Positions 9,783 through 19,717 are shown, counted from the stretch's first letter. The stretch: 64,000 bases of DNA from an uncultured Collinsella sp. (GCA_958452935.1 CAUDVX010000003.1:5387-69386); one strand, 5' to 3'. A program made the numbers and translations. The notes: generated by a model from the sequence alone, not told the origin.

Positions 9783-11249
9783 CTATTCGCGCTGAAAGAT
9801 TTTGACTAGCTTGGTGTCCTTTATTTCGTAGACAATGTCTGCGACGTTCTCGACCAGCCTCTTATCGTGGGAGACGAACACTATCGTTCCGGCATAGGCG
9901 CTCATCATCTGCTCGAGGGCTTCGGCGCTCTTGATGTCCAGGTAATTTCCAGGCTCGTCCATGAGCAAGATGTTGTATCTGCCCAGCAGCATCTTCGCGA
10001 GTAGCAGCTTGATGACTTCGCCTCCCGAGAGAACGCCAACGTCCTTTGTCAGGTCGCGCGGTCCGATTCCCATAGAGGCGAGGATGCCTCGAATTTCGGT
10101 CATGCTGTACTCGCAACCATCCTGCATGAACGAGATCGCAGACTGACGGGCGTCGAACTTGTAGCCTGTTTGCTCGAAGTAACCGATCTCTGCCTTGGGA
10201 GAGATGTTGATACCGTCGGCGCGTCGAGCGATTGCCTTCAGCAGGCTGGTCTTTCCTGTACCGTTGCCACCGGTGATGGCCACTTTGGCACCGAGCGGTA
10301 TCTCGAATTTCGCGTGGTCATAGAGCATGCAGTTGCCGAAGCTCAAGCTGAAATCGTCTGCCGAGATGGGAAATTTACTATGCAGTTCCAGGGCCTTGCT
10401 CTGGCGGAACCGCACGGTGCGAATGCTGTCGGGGGCCTCAATCCCTTCGAGCGCTTCGAGGCGCTTCTCCATGTTCTTAGCCGCCTGGTACATTCTCTTC
10501 TGTTTGGTGCCGGTTGCTTTCTGATGCCCCAATCGACCTGCATTCTCGTTGCTTTTCTTTGCGCCCTTCTGCTTGGCGTCGACCTGCCGTGCTTTTTTCC
10601 GTTGTTTTTCGATGGCGGCTTCAAGGCGCTCGCGCTCGCGCATCGCCTCTTCGTATCGAGTCGCCTGAGCTTTGCGCTCTTCTTTCTGTCGCAGATAGTC
10701 GGAGTAGTCACCCCAGAATTCGGAAATACCGCCGTCTTTGAGCTCCCAGATCTTGTCCACTACCTGATCGAGAAAATAACGGTCATGGCTGACAATGAGC
10801 AGGGCTCCATCAAATGCCTTGAGTTGTCCGACGAGAAGGCTGATGCCGTCTTGATCGAGGTGGCTCGTAGGCTCATCAGCAAAGATCGCGCTTGCATGCT
10901 GGGAGAGCGCAGAGGCAATCTTGGCGCGTGTTTCCTCTCCGCCGCTCATCGTCTCCTGCGCCACTCCGGCGACGTTGAGACGGGAGAGCATCTCACCACT
11001 GTCCTGAGCCGCATCAAGGTCGAGTTCATCGAGTTGGCCGATGAGGGCAATGCTGCCGAAACGCCTGACGTCGGCGTCCGCAATGGTAAGATTGCCGCTC
11101 AGAATTTTAAGCAGGCTGGTTTTGCCTGCGCCATTGTCTCCCACCAAGCCGATGCGATCGTAGGAGTAGATTTCCAACTCTTCGATATCCAGGATATCGC
11201 GGCCGGCATATTCTAAAAAGATGTCTTTGGCTTTGACTATGAGTTCCAT
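9783..11249 (-). CDS. msr: Msr-family ABC-F ribosomal protection protein (Msr(D)/Msr(E)-like, divergent)
   Basis: [10 protein letters not shown]...[30 protein letters not shown] linker, [26 protein letters not shown] closely follow Msr(D) as I recall it. Confidence 0.9.
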   Translation of the reverse strand: MELIVKAKDIFLEYAGRDILDIEELEIYSYDRIGLVGDNGAGKTSLLKILSGNLTIADADVRRFGSIALIGQLDELDLDAAQDSGEMLSRLNVAGVAQETMSGGEETRAKIASALSQHASAIFADEPTSHLDQDGISLLVGQLKAFDGALLIVSHDRYFLDQVVDKIWELKDGGISEFWGDYSDYLRQKEERKAQATRYEEAMRERERLEAAIEKQRKKARQVDAKQKGAKKSNENAGRLGHQKATGTKQKRMYQAAKNMEKRLEALEGIEAPDSIRTVRFRQSKALELHSKFPISADDFSLSFGNCMLYDHAKFEIPLGAKVAITGGNGTGKTSLLKAIARRADGINISPKAEIGYFEQTGYKFDARQSAISFMQDGCEYSMTEIRGILASMGIGPRDLTKDVGVLSGGEVIKLLLAKMLLGRYNILLMDEPGNYLDIKSAEALEQMMSAYAGTIVFVSHDKRLVENVADIVYEIKDTKLVKIFQRE

Positions 11250-11509
11250 AGGTTGAACCGCCTTTTGTGTATTAGCGTTTTACTGGAAGCGCAGCCATGC
11301 CAAAAAAGATTGCTCACGTCGATTTTTCGCCTTTGCCCAATTGCCGGCGCGAGCGTTTTGACCTTGCGCAAGCCGGCAAATCCGAAAATGATAGTTGGCG
11401 ACGAATAAGGAGCGCGATGTGGGATGTCGGTGCAATACCTCGTCGTCGCAAGGGCTTGAAGGCTGACGCTTGAACCGATGGCTGCTGCCTCTTTTTTCGA
11501 ATACTTGGG

Positions 11510-12796
11510 CTATTGAATCTGCCCGGTATCTCTTTTCCCCACGTTTCGGACGCTCGGAGCAAGCAGCATAGCCATCGCAAGCAGTACCATGGTCGCTCCA
11601 GAGCCGACGAACCATAACGGAGCTCCAAGCAGATCCGCAAAAACGGAGGGGGCTGCGAGGCCCATGGGCATGGCCCACGCCATGATGGTTCCGTAGAGGC
11701 CGAAAACGCGGCCTAGGTACTCAGGAGGTATCTGCTCCTGCATAAGGGCAGTCTGGGTTCCCGCGTACAACGGGGAGCATGCGCCCATAAGAAAGCTCAC
11801 CGGCAGGAAAGCAGCGAACAATGACGGGCCGAGCGATCCGGATACGATTGCGGCAATGCCGAAGCCGGCAATCGCGGCGACCATGGTGAACGACCTATTG
11901 CGGAACCCTCCCGTAACCGCCAAGATGCCGGACCCAGCCAGCATGCCTGCAGAAAAAAGGATTTCCACCAAAGCGGCATCCCCCGTGCTACCGCCAAAAT
12001 GCCCCAAGGTCATTATTGGGAACAATGCCGCGAGCGGAGAGAACGCGAAAGCGAAGACGAACCCGCACCAAAGAAGGGCGAACAGCCCCCTGTACCCCCT
12101 AATCAGCTTGTAGCCGTCCGAAATCTCAGAGAAGAGCTCTCGAACCTTATTGGAAAAGGACAAGCTGCGGTCGGCTTCGTCGAGTCCTCCTGCGTCTATC
12201 TGAGCGGCGAGGACAGCTAGAGAAGCGAAAAGCGCCCCCAGCACGTCGAGGGCAATCATGGCGGTAATGCCCGCCACAGGATAAATCACTGCCGCGAGCG
12301 CGGCGCCAAGAATGTATCCGCCGGACTGAATCGCCTGAGTCACCCCCGATAGGCGAACGAGATGCTCTGGCGGGGCGAGATGGGGCGTGAGAGATTGGGA
12401 GGCTGGCGTGTAGAACGAAGTACCAACTGCACGGAGAAACAGGGCGATGAGAATTAGCCATGCAGGTAAGCTGCCGGCCAACGAGGCAATCGCCAAGGCG
12501 GCACCCACCGCGGCAATGAAGAGGTCGGCGCCGATGAGGACACGTTTCAAAGGCAGTCTGTCGACAACGGCGCCCGCAAGGATTCCGAACAAAGCAATCG
12601 GCAGAAAGCCTGCCAGCGATGCTAAGGAGAGGAGAGAAGACGACCCTGTCGTGAGGGCGAGATGCCAAATAAGACCCATTTGGAGAATCGAACTCGTCAA
12701 TGTCGAAACGAGCTCCCCGCCCCATACGAAACAAAGCTTGAATTGCCATGAATGGCACAGCAGAGCAGACCTGCCCCGAGAGGTTTCAAATATCAT
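11510..12796 (-). CDS. mef: Mef-family macrolide efflux MFS transporter
   Basis: WGGELVSTLTSSILQMGLIW, ASLAGFLP, IGADLFIA, PEYLGRVFGL parallel Mef(A); lies upstream of msr. Start uncertain. Confidence 0.8.
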   Translation of the reverse strand: MIFETSRGRSALLCHSWQFKLCFVWGGELVSTLTSSILQMGLIWHLALTTGSSSLLSLASLAGFLPIALFGILAGAVVDRLPLKRVLIGADLFIAAVGAALAIASLAGSLPAWLILIALFLRAVGTSFYTPASQSLTPHLAPPEHLVRLSGVTQAIQSGGYILGAALAAVIYPVAGITAMIALDVLGALFASLAVLAAQIDAGGLDEADRSLSFSNKVRELFSEISDGYKLIRGYRGLFALLWCGFVFAFAFSPLAALFPIMTLGHFGGSTGDAALVEILFSAGMLAGSGILAVTGGFRNRSFTMVAAIAGFGIAAIVSGSLGPSLFAAFLPVSFLMGACSPLYAGTQTALMQEQIPPEYLGRVFGLYGTIMAWAMPMGLAAPSVFADLLGAPLWFVGSGATMVLLAMAMLLAPSVRNVGKRDTGQIQ

Positions 12797-12825
12797 GGTT
12801 ATGTCCAATCGTGAAATGGCGTGCA

Positions 12826-12966
12826 GAAAAACAGCGCGACGCCACAACAGCGCCGCTTTCTAGGCGCTCATCCACGTGCGGAAAAGACCAACCACGACAC
12901 CCCTCCTTTGTTAATTCGGTCTGGCAAACCATGTAATATTAACGAGGCTTGAGTTTGCCTGTCAAG
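12826..12966 (-). promoter_or_regulatory. mef-msr promoter and leader-peptide attenuator (leader MVGLFRTWMSA at 12860-12895)
   Basis: TTGACA...TAATAT, strong SD AAAGGAGG 6 nt before GTG, 11-codon ORF, overlapping alternative hairpins and a U tract. Confidence 0.6.
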
Positions 12967-13029
12967 AATCGACCATCGGAAAGGGCAATCCTCTCTGGCC
13001 ATTCGATTCCTTTTGTATCTTTGGTTGCA

Positions 13030-13155
13030 TAGGTGACCCGCCAGGGCTATTACGCGTGGAAGAGGCGCCTGCCGAGCTGGCCGATGAGGCGCTGAAGATG
13101 GCCCTGGTCAGGCGAAACGATCCCAAGGGATGCGTACATCATTCGGATAGTAAGA
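13030..13155 (+). pseudogene. IS3-family transposase remnant (internally deleted)
   Basis: Juxtaposed fragments VTRQGYYAWKRR and AELADEALKMALVRR..VHHSD. Confidence 0.6.
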
Positions 13156-13609
13156 ATGTTGCCAGCAGGTTTTGCGGCAACCGCAAAGGAGCCGTATCCT
13201 GCAGCTGGAATCACGTTGCAGCATCCTGACCCGCATTTCGATTGGCGGACGGCCCGCTTCGGCATCCTGACCAGCACAGCGATCGAGCCTTGTCATTCCT
13301 TGGATATGCCGGTTGCTCGGGGCGGTCCCGACGGAGGCCCTCGCCTCCCCGGTCCGTGACCCAAGAAGGGCAAGCATGCTGATCTGCATGGCTGGTTCCT
13401 CCTTTATGTAGACGACCATGCAAAGAAGGGACAACCGAGGAGGCAGGTTACTGATGCGGGCTCCCGCACGCCCATGACTACCCGACGGGCTGTTTTTCAT
13501 CTCCGATGCCCGCATTGCAGCATGAACGAATGTGCCTCGACATCTCTGCTGGCATGGTACGACTGGGATCGCACCTCGACGCATCCTTGCGCATACTGCC
13601 TTCCAAGTT

Positions 13610-13801
13610 TCGAAACCGGGAAGGAAAGTGTATGTGAGCGACGATATCGGCGCCGATTCGACGCTCGAGAGGGAGATTGCGCCGATTCTATCCATCGGGG
13701 ATGCATTCCCGAAGATTCTCATCACTCGCACGAGGCATGAGCCCCATACCCGGGAGGGCGTGCTCGTGCTGAATTTCGCGAGGTGGCTGCTTGGCGGGTA
13801 G
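13610..13801 (+). pseudogene. C-terminal fragment of an AAA_14-DUF4143 ATPase
   Basis: TLEREIAPILSIGDAFPKILIT...WLL resembles the C-terminus of the intact paralogue at 38192-39427 (EEREYRPFGHIRDGYPRYL). Confidence 0.6.
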
Positions 13802-13930
13802 GGTTCTGAACGTCGCATTGGGATATCGCGCGACAGGGCACGCAGGGCTGTTTGTGCCCGCACGGGAAACGCCGTCGCCATGCGGGCGGCCTGTCGTGTC
13901 CGATTAGCCTTTTGCTAAACAGGCTTACGC

Positions 13931-14326
13931 CAACTCATGGGCAAGCCACCTGAGACTATTCACTTTGCTTATCGTTGACAAAGACCTGTGGCCTGCGGTT
14001 TTGTGAACGGCTCGTAAGCCACCCGCGTCGACTCAAACTCTGTTGAAGCTGGTGGTTTGCAGGCTCAAAGGCGGTTGAGTTTCAAAACGGGCGTTTTTCG
14101 GCGATATCGAGCCTCCAAAGGCGGCTCTCCGTGCCCCTTGGGACAAAAATAAAAACTCAATACTCTGAGTTTGAAAATGGTTTTTGAAGTTGTCCCAGCT
14201 TTTGTCCCCGAAGCCGATGAAACGCGACGTCGCGTCATTCAGCGGCACTCACTTCGAGATGCCGCCGAAAACTGGGTGCAACTGGAGTGACGAGACGGCA
14301 AAACTATAACCACCGAGTGGGAGTAG
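13931..14326 (+). repeat. ~395-bp island-end repeat copy 1, ending in att junction 2 (core 14315-14326)
   Basis: Alignable along its full length to 19266-19658; contains GGGACAAAA, paired TTGTCCC, CAACTGGA and GAGTGGGAGTAG. Confidence 0.85.
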
Positions 14327-14345
14327 TTGATATCTAGCGTTTTCG

Positions 14346-14385
14346 AGCCCCTGACCTGCACAAACAGGTCAGGGGCTTTTCGTTT
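14346..14385 (+). terminator. Terminator-like hairpin just right of att junction 2
   Basis: AGCCCCTGACCTG-CACAAA-CAGGTCAGGGGCT followed by TTTCGTTT. Confidence 0.7.
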
Positions 14386-14583
14386 GGCAACCGCTGGACA
14401 ACCTTTATGGTTTCGCGCCCCGTGAACAGGGGAGGTAACACTGTTCACGTCTGGGCCCATGTCGGCACCGATCATTGCCCGCGTTGCTTCTGCTTGCGCT
14501 TCAGCTTCCGCTGCTCGAGGCACGTCGCCCGGAGTTCCTCGCCGGAGGAGAGATGGCCGTTCCCGATGAGACTACGGAACCAC

Positions 14584-15258
14584 CTATATCCGCTTGCTGC
14601 GGGCTTGCTTGAGCCAGTTCCTCTTGAAAGAGCCTATGCCTCCGAAGAACTTGTTGTACGTCTCACCGTTCTCCTTGGCTTCGTACTTGACCAAGGCAAG
14701 TTCGATAGTGCAGAGGTAATCCGCCACTTGCTCGAGGCGGTAGTCGGTCATCGAGGTCTTGCGGCGTCGGACGACCCCTTTTGAGAGGACCTTGCCCACC
14801 GAGCGGTCGAGTGCCTGCTTGACAATGTCCTGACCGTTGTCGTAATAGACCTTCACATCGTCGAAGGACTGGAAGAAGCCCAGGTGTTCAATCATGGCGG
14901 AGGAGATGTCGCGCCCCATGCGCTCCATTAGCCTTGCCGGGTCTTCGAACTGGCTGCGACGGTAGGCGAACGTGATATAGGAAATGGGAAGTTTGCGGAC
15001 GAACGAGGAGAAGTAGGCGAGCATCACCTTGCGCTGCTCGATGTTAAGAAACTCATAATCCTTGTGCCCGTTCATGAGAGGCTCGGAGTGAAACGGAATG
15101 TTAGGGAGATCGGCCCTGGCAAGCTTGGCCTCATAGCCCGTGACCGCCTCGGCGATGCTGTCTGCCTGGTCGTGAAAGACGAGTGTGAGCAGGTAGTAGC
15201 GAGCTTTGCCGCCGCGGTCGCCGCTCTCGTCGACGAAGATGCTGAGCTCCTTGGCCAA
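14584..15258 (-). CDS. DUF3800 domain protein, copy B
   Basis: FVDESG, YYLLTLVFH, YYDNGQ, LEQVADYLCTIEL; clearly homologous to 8760-9431. Confidence 0.8.
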   Translation of the reverse strand: MAKELSIFVDESGDRGGKARYYLLTLVFHDQADSIAEAVTGYEAKLARADLPNIPFHSEPLMNGHKDYEFLNIEQRKVMLAYFSSFVRKLPISYITFAYRRSQFEDPARLMERMGRDISSAMIEHLGFFQSFDDVKVYYDNGQDIVKQALDRSVGKVLSKGVVRRRKTSMTDYRLEQVADYLCTIELALVKYEAKENGETYNKFFGGIGSFKRNWLKQARSKRI

Positions 15259-15281
15259 TGGGGACTCCTAATGGAATGGAT

Positions 15282-15370
15282 AAAAAAATAGCCGGGGGAC
15301 TCCCCCGGCACTTGGAGGTAGCTCAATGAGCCACCAATAACCTTATAGCATGCTCTGACGGTGAGTGCAA
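15282..15370 (-). ncRNA. Promoter + putative short structured RNA + terminator upstream of DUF3800 gene B
   Basis: TTGCAC-17bp-TATAAG (TG-extended); TTGG..CCAA enclosing TGGCTC-ATT-GAGCTA; GCCGGGGG-AGT-CCCCCGGC followed by TATTTTTTT. Confidence 0.55.
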
Positions 15371-15570
15371 GGGGGGCGAGCCAGTACATGGCGTTGCGGC
15401 TGATGCGCAGCATCGCGCGCCTCGTCGGCGCCGAATATCGCGTTGGTCGATGCGATGAGCCTCACCTGGTTCCTGCTAGCGCTTTTGGTCATGGTCGTCC
15501 TCGAGCACCTTTCGTCTCGAGACTCCCTCGCGTGCCCGACCGAGGGCGGCTCCCGGGGCGGTCGCCGCCG

Positions 15571-15734
15571 TCATTTCCTCCTGCTCCTCGACTCGACGTA
15601 GGCGTCCACTGACGCCCTCGACACCAGGAGCTTCCTGCCGAGCCTGTACGAGTCGATCTCTCCCGACCAGATGAGGTCGTACACCTTGTTCCGGCTCGCC
15701 CCCCCATGTACTCCTGCATCTCGATCACCGTCAT
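15571..15734 (-). pseudogene. Excisionase-like HTH_17 gene frameshifted at a G7 run
   Basis: MTVIEMQEYMG in one frame and ASRNKVYDLIWSGEIDSYRLGRKLLVSRASVDAYV in another; shift at C7 15699-15705. Confidence 0.65.
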
Positions 15735-16288
15735 TCACTCGTCGCGGCCCCGGTTGCGCTCGGGCGCGGCGCATTTCGTAGCGTGCGCCATGGTTCCTCC
15801 AATCTTTCCGCGCGATGCGCCTGTGCGGTCCCGCGTGCGTTTTCGTCTGCGCGACGATTGAACCGCCTGATGGCGATTAGTGAGCACGGCGCGAGCGGAG
15901 ACGGGTCGAGGTGGGTCGAGCTGGTCGAGCCTTCACGAAACGGCCATGAGCCGCATGCCTTAGCTGCGAGCTAAGTCCCTGAAAAGTAAAAGCGCCCATG
16001 CGGGCGCTGCCTAATAGCTGGAGTTGTTCGGTTGTGGTCGGAATGCTCGTCTTTCGCGGTGCTGTCGTCCGGGGTCCAGCGTCTGTCGTTCGCCTCTTTT
16101 GTCGTGTTTGATGTTGCATGTTATGCGAGCGACCTCGCGCGGGTTTTCAGCCCGTTGCCCCAGGTGCACCCAGTTAATGGTACCCATCCGTTGGGATACG
16201 TACATTGTGGGAGGGCTGTCTGGGCAAGCTGGGATGTACGAGTGGCGGGGCTCTAAAAGCAATAAGTCGAGCTAAAGGGCCTTGTGCT

Positions 16289-17164
16289 CTATTTTGTAAA
16301 ACGCGAGGGCGCAATCAACTCGACGATTTCCCCGAACCTTTTCTGAACCATATAGCGACTTGCGCTCTCGTCTCGAACCAGGCGGTTTTCCTCGTCGTAG
16401 CAGTCGTCGATGGCCTTGCTAATCGCCTTCACCGCCTCCATGAATCGTGGCTGCTCCTCAGGCGATACCCCGGCCGACTCAAAAACGGCTTCGTTGATCG
16501 CTTCTGCCTCATGAAGCTCTTCCTCAGGTGCGTCGGGCCCGGGTGCGACAAAGTCGTCGCGATACCTAAAGGCCCTGTTGACGAGCTCCTCCCCGTATTC
16601 TGCAACGACGGCCTCCGTTATATCGTCTCTCTTGTCATTAAGCCGAACCAAGCACGCCATTTCGTCTAGAAGCTCTGGGAGGATGGGTGATTTTAGGATT
16701 TCGCTTATCATTGCGCTGTTCGAGCCCCGGCTTTCTCCGAGGTGGTACCTGCGTTCGAAATGCGTGATTTTGCGAACTTCCTCGAGGGCGGATTCCTCTA
16801 TCCCCGTGTACTCATGGGCATCCTGTGCCTTGTAGGTCTTGCATTCGATATCGCCTATGAGATAGCCGAGATCGACCTCGAGCACCGCGGCGATTTGAAG
16901 CATGATTTCGAATTTGGGAAAAGGCCGCACATGGCCCTTCCTGTCCGGAAGGCCAGCGTTGACCCACGTGCTGACGTTCTTCTGCGAAAACGGACTATTC
17001 TCGCTTCCGCCATAGAACCGATTGCCTATCAGCTCCGCGAGACCGTTCTGCGTTAGGCCCCGTTCCTTCATGAGCCCAAGGAGATTGTCTCGCCACGATT
17101 TAAGTCTTGACTCCACGACTTCGTTTGACTGCAGAACCTCTGCCTTTGGACCACTCATCTTCAA
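16289..17164 (-). CDS. Xre-like HTH domain protein
   Basis: LTQNGLAELI...SQKNVSTWVN...MLQIAAVLEVDLGYLIG; divergent from the NERD operon. Confidence 0.65.
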   Translation of the reverse strand: MKMSGPKAEVLQSNEVVESRLKSWRDNLLGLMKERGLTQNGLAELIGNRFYGGSENSPFSQKNVSTWVNAGLPDRKGHVRPFPKFEIMLQIAAVLEVDLGYLIGDIECKTYKAQDAHEYTGIEESALEEVRKITHFERRYHLGESRGSNSAMISEILKSPILPELLDEMACLVRLNDKRDDITEAVVAEYGEELVNRAFRYRDDFVAPGPDAPEEELHEAEAINEAVFESAGVSPEEQPRFMEAVKAISKAIDDCYDEENRLVRDESASRYMVQKRFGEIVELIAPSRFTK

Positions 17165-17285
17165 TATCCTCCTAAGTGACTAGAACACGATTGAATCTAG
17201 AGATATTACCGTTAATCGATTCTACCATTCTGCTTTTTATCGAGGGATACTAACAGGCAGAGAACAAGTAGACAAGGAGTGCTAG

Positions 17286-18263
17286 ATGAACAGGACCTAT
17301 ACCAACGAGGAGATTCTCGAGCGGCTCAAGAGTCTCGAAGGGCTGCTTCTGGAGCGAGTTTTCGAAACTTCCTACAGCGAGAGCCTGCGTACCTACGATC
17401 TTATCGACCACCTGCGAAGCAAGGCCCATGACCTTGGACTGGAGGGAGAGGACACCTACACCGCCCTCATTCGGGACCTAGAGAAGCTCAGTTCGACCAT
17501 AGGCGGGCTGATCAACGGGAGGAGAGGTGAGTTCCTCGCCGCAAAGAGTCTCAGATGTCTTCGTGGCAACAGTGTGCTGCTTTCCAACATCGCGCTTCCG
17601 AATGGAGACTCGTTCGAGGAATACGATCAGGTTTTAATCGCCCGTTCGGGCATATACGTGATCGAGGTAAAGAACTATCGAAACGACGTCGTGATAGACG
17701 ATGGAGGAATCCTGCGCTGCGGCCTTCGTTCCTACAACGTCGGCGAGCGAATGCGTGAGAAGATGCATGCCCTTTGGGATGCGGTTCAATTCTCTTCCGA
17801 CGGTTGCATGACCGAAGAGGACGTGCATGGCATGCTTCTTTTCGTGAACAACGACGCAAGTGTTACCGATCTCTTCCATCGAGTCCCCGTGATGCGTTGT
17901 GGGCAGATTGTCTACAGCATCGAAGATGCAGACCGATGTGACGAGAAGCTGTCTTGGGAGGACATGGCTCGTATCAAGTCCGTCCTCCTCGCACGAAGGA
18001 CAGCGGCAGAGTTTCCAATGCCGCTTGACGAAAACCGTGTAAAAGGCGAGCTCGAGGATTTCCTCGATCTGGTCGAGGCCGAGATCGCAAAGGACGCTGC
18101 TGAATCAATAGCGGCTGGCCACAACGAAGTTGATTCTCCGGCAACGCTTGATAGCCATGCCCGGCATTCGCAACTGCCCGGCTGGGTACCTGCCGTGGCG
18201 GCCGCCATCTCTGGCTTGGCAATAGGCGCGGGCGGGCTATTCCTGCATGCAAAGAAAGGATAA
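17286..18263 (+). CDS. NERD (PD-(D/E)xK nuclease-related) domain protein with C-terminal membrane anchor
   Basis: GRRGE, EYDQVLIARSGIYVIEVKNY; hydrophobic C-terminal helix. Confidence 0.75.
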   Translation: MNRTYTNEEILERLKSLEGLLLERVFETSYSESLRTYDLIDHLRSKAHDLGLEGEDTYTALIRDLEKLSSTIGGLINGRRGEFLAAKSLRCLRGNSVLLSNIALPNGDSFEEYDQVLIARSGIYVIEVKNYRNDVVIDDGGILRCGLRSYNVGERMREKMHALWDAVQFSSDGCMTEEDVHGMLLFVNNDASVTDLFHRVPVMRCGQIVYSIEDADRCDEKLSWEDMARIKSVLLARRTAAEFPMPLDENRVKGELEDFLDLVEAEIAKDAAESIAAGHNEVDSPATLDSHARHSQLPGWVPAVAAAISGLAIGAGGLFLHAKKG

Positions 18264-18317
18264 GGAGCCTGGCTGTTGGATGCGGAAAACGCAGATGGAC
18301 TACAAAAAGGAGTAAGG

Positions 18318-18614
18318 ATGACCGAAGACACGATGGGAACCATTGCAATTAGCGACACCACGATTGGTGCCGTGAACGAGAAGGTTATTAATTGCCAAGG
18401 CATGTTCAAATCCCTCGTCGACGCGACGAACGGTATCACCGGGCCCCAAGCTGGCCTTCTCGGATGCCTCGTCGTTTCCGTTGCCGGGGTTGCGGGATAT
18501 GGAATATACGCCCTTTGCGACCTTGTCAAATCCGGACACCCCGTCGAGCTCACCTCTGGAGGGGTGCGCTTCGCGGCGAATACGGAAGCACTCTGCGAGG
18601 CGAACAGCCTCTAA
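18318..18614 (+). CDS. Small membrane protein
   Basis: RBS AAGGAG, one hydrophobic helix. Confidence 0.5.
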   Translation: MTEDTMGTIAISDTTIGAVNEKVINCQGMFKSLVDATNGITGPQAGLLGCLVVSVAGVAGYGIYALCDLVKSGHPVELTSGGVRFAANTEALCEANSL

Positions 18615-18633
18615 TCGACAGACAGGAGAATCG

Positions 18634-19077
18634 ATGCAGATGAATGAGATGCCCTCGATCGGGACCACGCTGACTTACGGCAAGGCAATTAGAGCATAAG
18701 ACCGCTTCGAGCGGACGATGCTCGAGAAGGCGTACGGGGCCGAGCTCCTGCCCGCGGTGGGGCTTTACGACCTGCTCTGGCAGCTTGAGTCGCTCGCGCA
18801 GAAGTTCGGAATCGAGCGCAAGGGGGCCTTCCCGAGGCTCAAGAGGGAGATCCGGTCGTTCTCTAGCGAGAGGACCGCTCTGGCGAACGGGGTGAACGGC
18901 GAGAGATTTTACCTGCTGCAGGATGAATCGGCACTCAGGCAGCATGACGAGACGCACCTCTTCAAGGTCGGAATCGACGTGGACAGGCTCGCTCGGGACC
19001 TAGACGAAGCGCTTGAATTGCTTTCGAATGAGTCTGCCAAGACTGTCGAATACGGCGACACGTATTCGACCGACTGA
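18634..19077 (+). pseudogene. Hypothetical protein with an in-frame TAA at 18697-18699
   Basis: RBS AGGAG then MQMNEMPSIG...AIRA*DRFERTMLEKAY continuing in the same frame. Confidence 0.5.
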
Positions 19078-19265
19078 TCGGAGCTGGCTTCCGGCAAGCA
19101 AGAAAAAGACCCTTTCCTGAAATGGGCCGGAATCGGCTTTTGCGTGGTGATGGTTTGCTTAGGGATCTCAATGCTCGTCAATTCGGTCTTCCAGATCGGC
19201 TTCTGCTCCAAGTGGTTTATCTGATGCAGGGGCCGTTGGACGAGCAGACTTTCATTTAATTCGTC

Positions 19266-19658
19266 AACTCACGGGCAAGCCACCTGAGACTACTCACTTT
19301 GCCCACCGATGGCGAAGACCAGCGACCTGGGGTTTTGCAAACGGTGCGCGAGCCACCTGCGTTGATTCACTTGCGATTGCAGCTGGCGGCTTGCGGGCTA
19401 AAGGGCGGTTGAGTTTTAAAACGGGCGTTTTCGGCGCTATTGAGCCTCCAAAGGCGGCGCGCGGCGCCCCTTGGGACAAAAACAAAAACTCAAAGCCCTG
19501 AGTTCGAAAAAAGTTTTTGAAGTTGTCCCGGCTTTTGCCCCCGAAGCCGACGAAACACGACATGGTGTCATCTGGCGGCACTCGGCTCGAGACGGCACCG
19601 CAAATGGATGCAACTGGAATGACGGGACGGCAGAACCGAAGCCATCGAGTGGGAATAG
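19266..19658 (+). repeat. ~395-bp island-end repeat copy 2, ending in att junction 3 (core 19647-19658)
   Basis: Diverged copy of 13931-14326; ends GCC-ATC-GAG-TGG-GAA-TAG (AIEWE*). Confidence 0.85.
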
Positions 19659-19668
19659 AAAATTCCTT

Positions 19669-19717
19669 AGTTATGGGGGTGTAAATTTGATTCCCTTTAG
19701 GATACACCCCCATAACT
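19669..19717. promoter_or_regulatory. 15-bp perfect inverted repeat AGTTATGGGGGTGTA / TACACCCCCATAACT
   Basis: Seen directly; CACCCCCATAAC recurs at 38147 upstream of the AAA ATPase. Confidence 0.6.

Noticed and set aside
11272..11298. Mini-[11 protein letters not shown] upstream of msr as a second leader peptide
   Set aside because: No convincing SD and no known stalling motif; not excluded, but unsupported.
13108..13600. ORF starting MQISMLALLGS with a strong RBS as a toxin or transposase
   Set aside because: No recognisable family motif; probably debris between IS and ATPase remnants.
14430..14520. Possible integrase C-terminal remnant right of att junction 2
   Set aside because: Too short and lacks catalytic motifs, so it cannot be supported by eye.
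13931..19658. The 395-bp repeats as IS copies, or the short ORFs inside them (14033-14248, 19294-19713) as genes
   Set aside because: No transposase or terminal inverted repeats; the ORFs differ in start and length between copies; the repeats are better explained as att arms.
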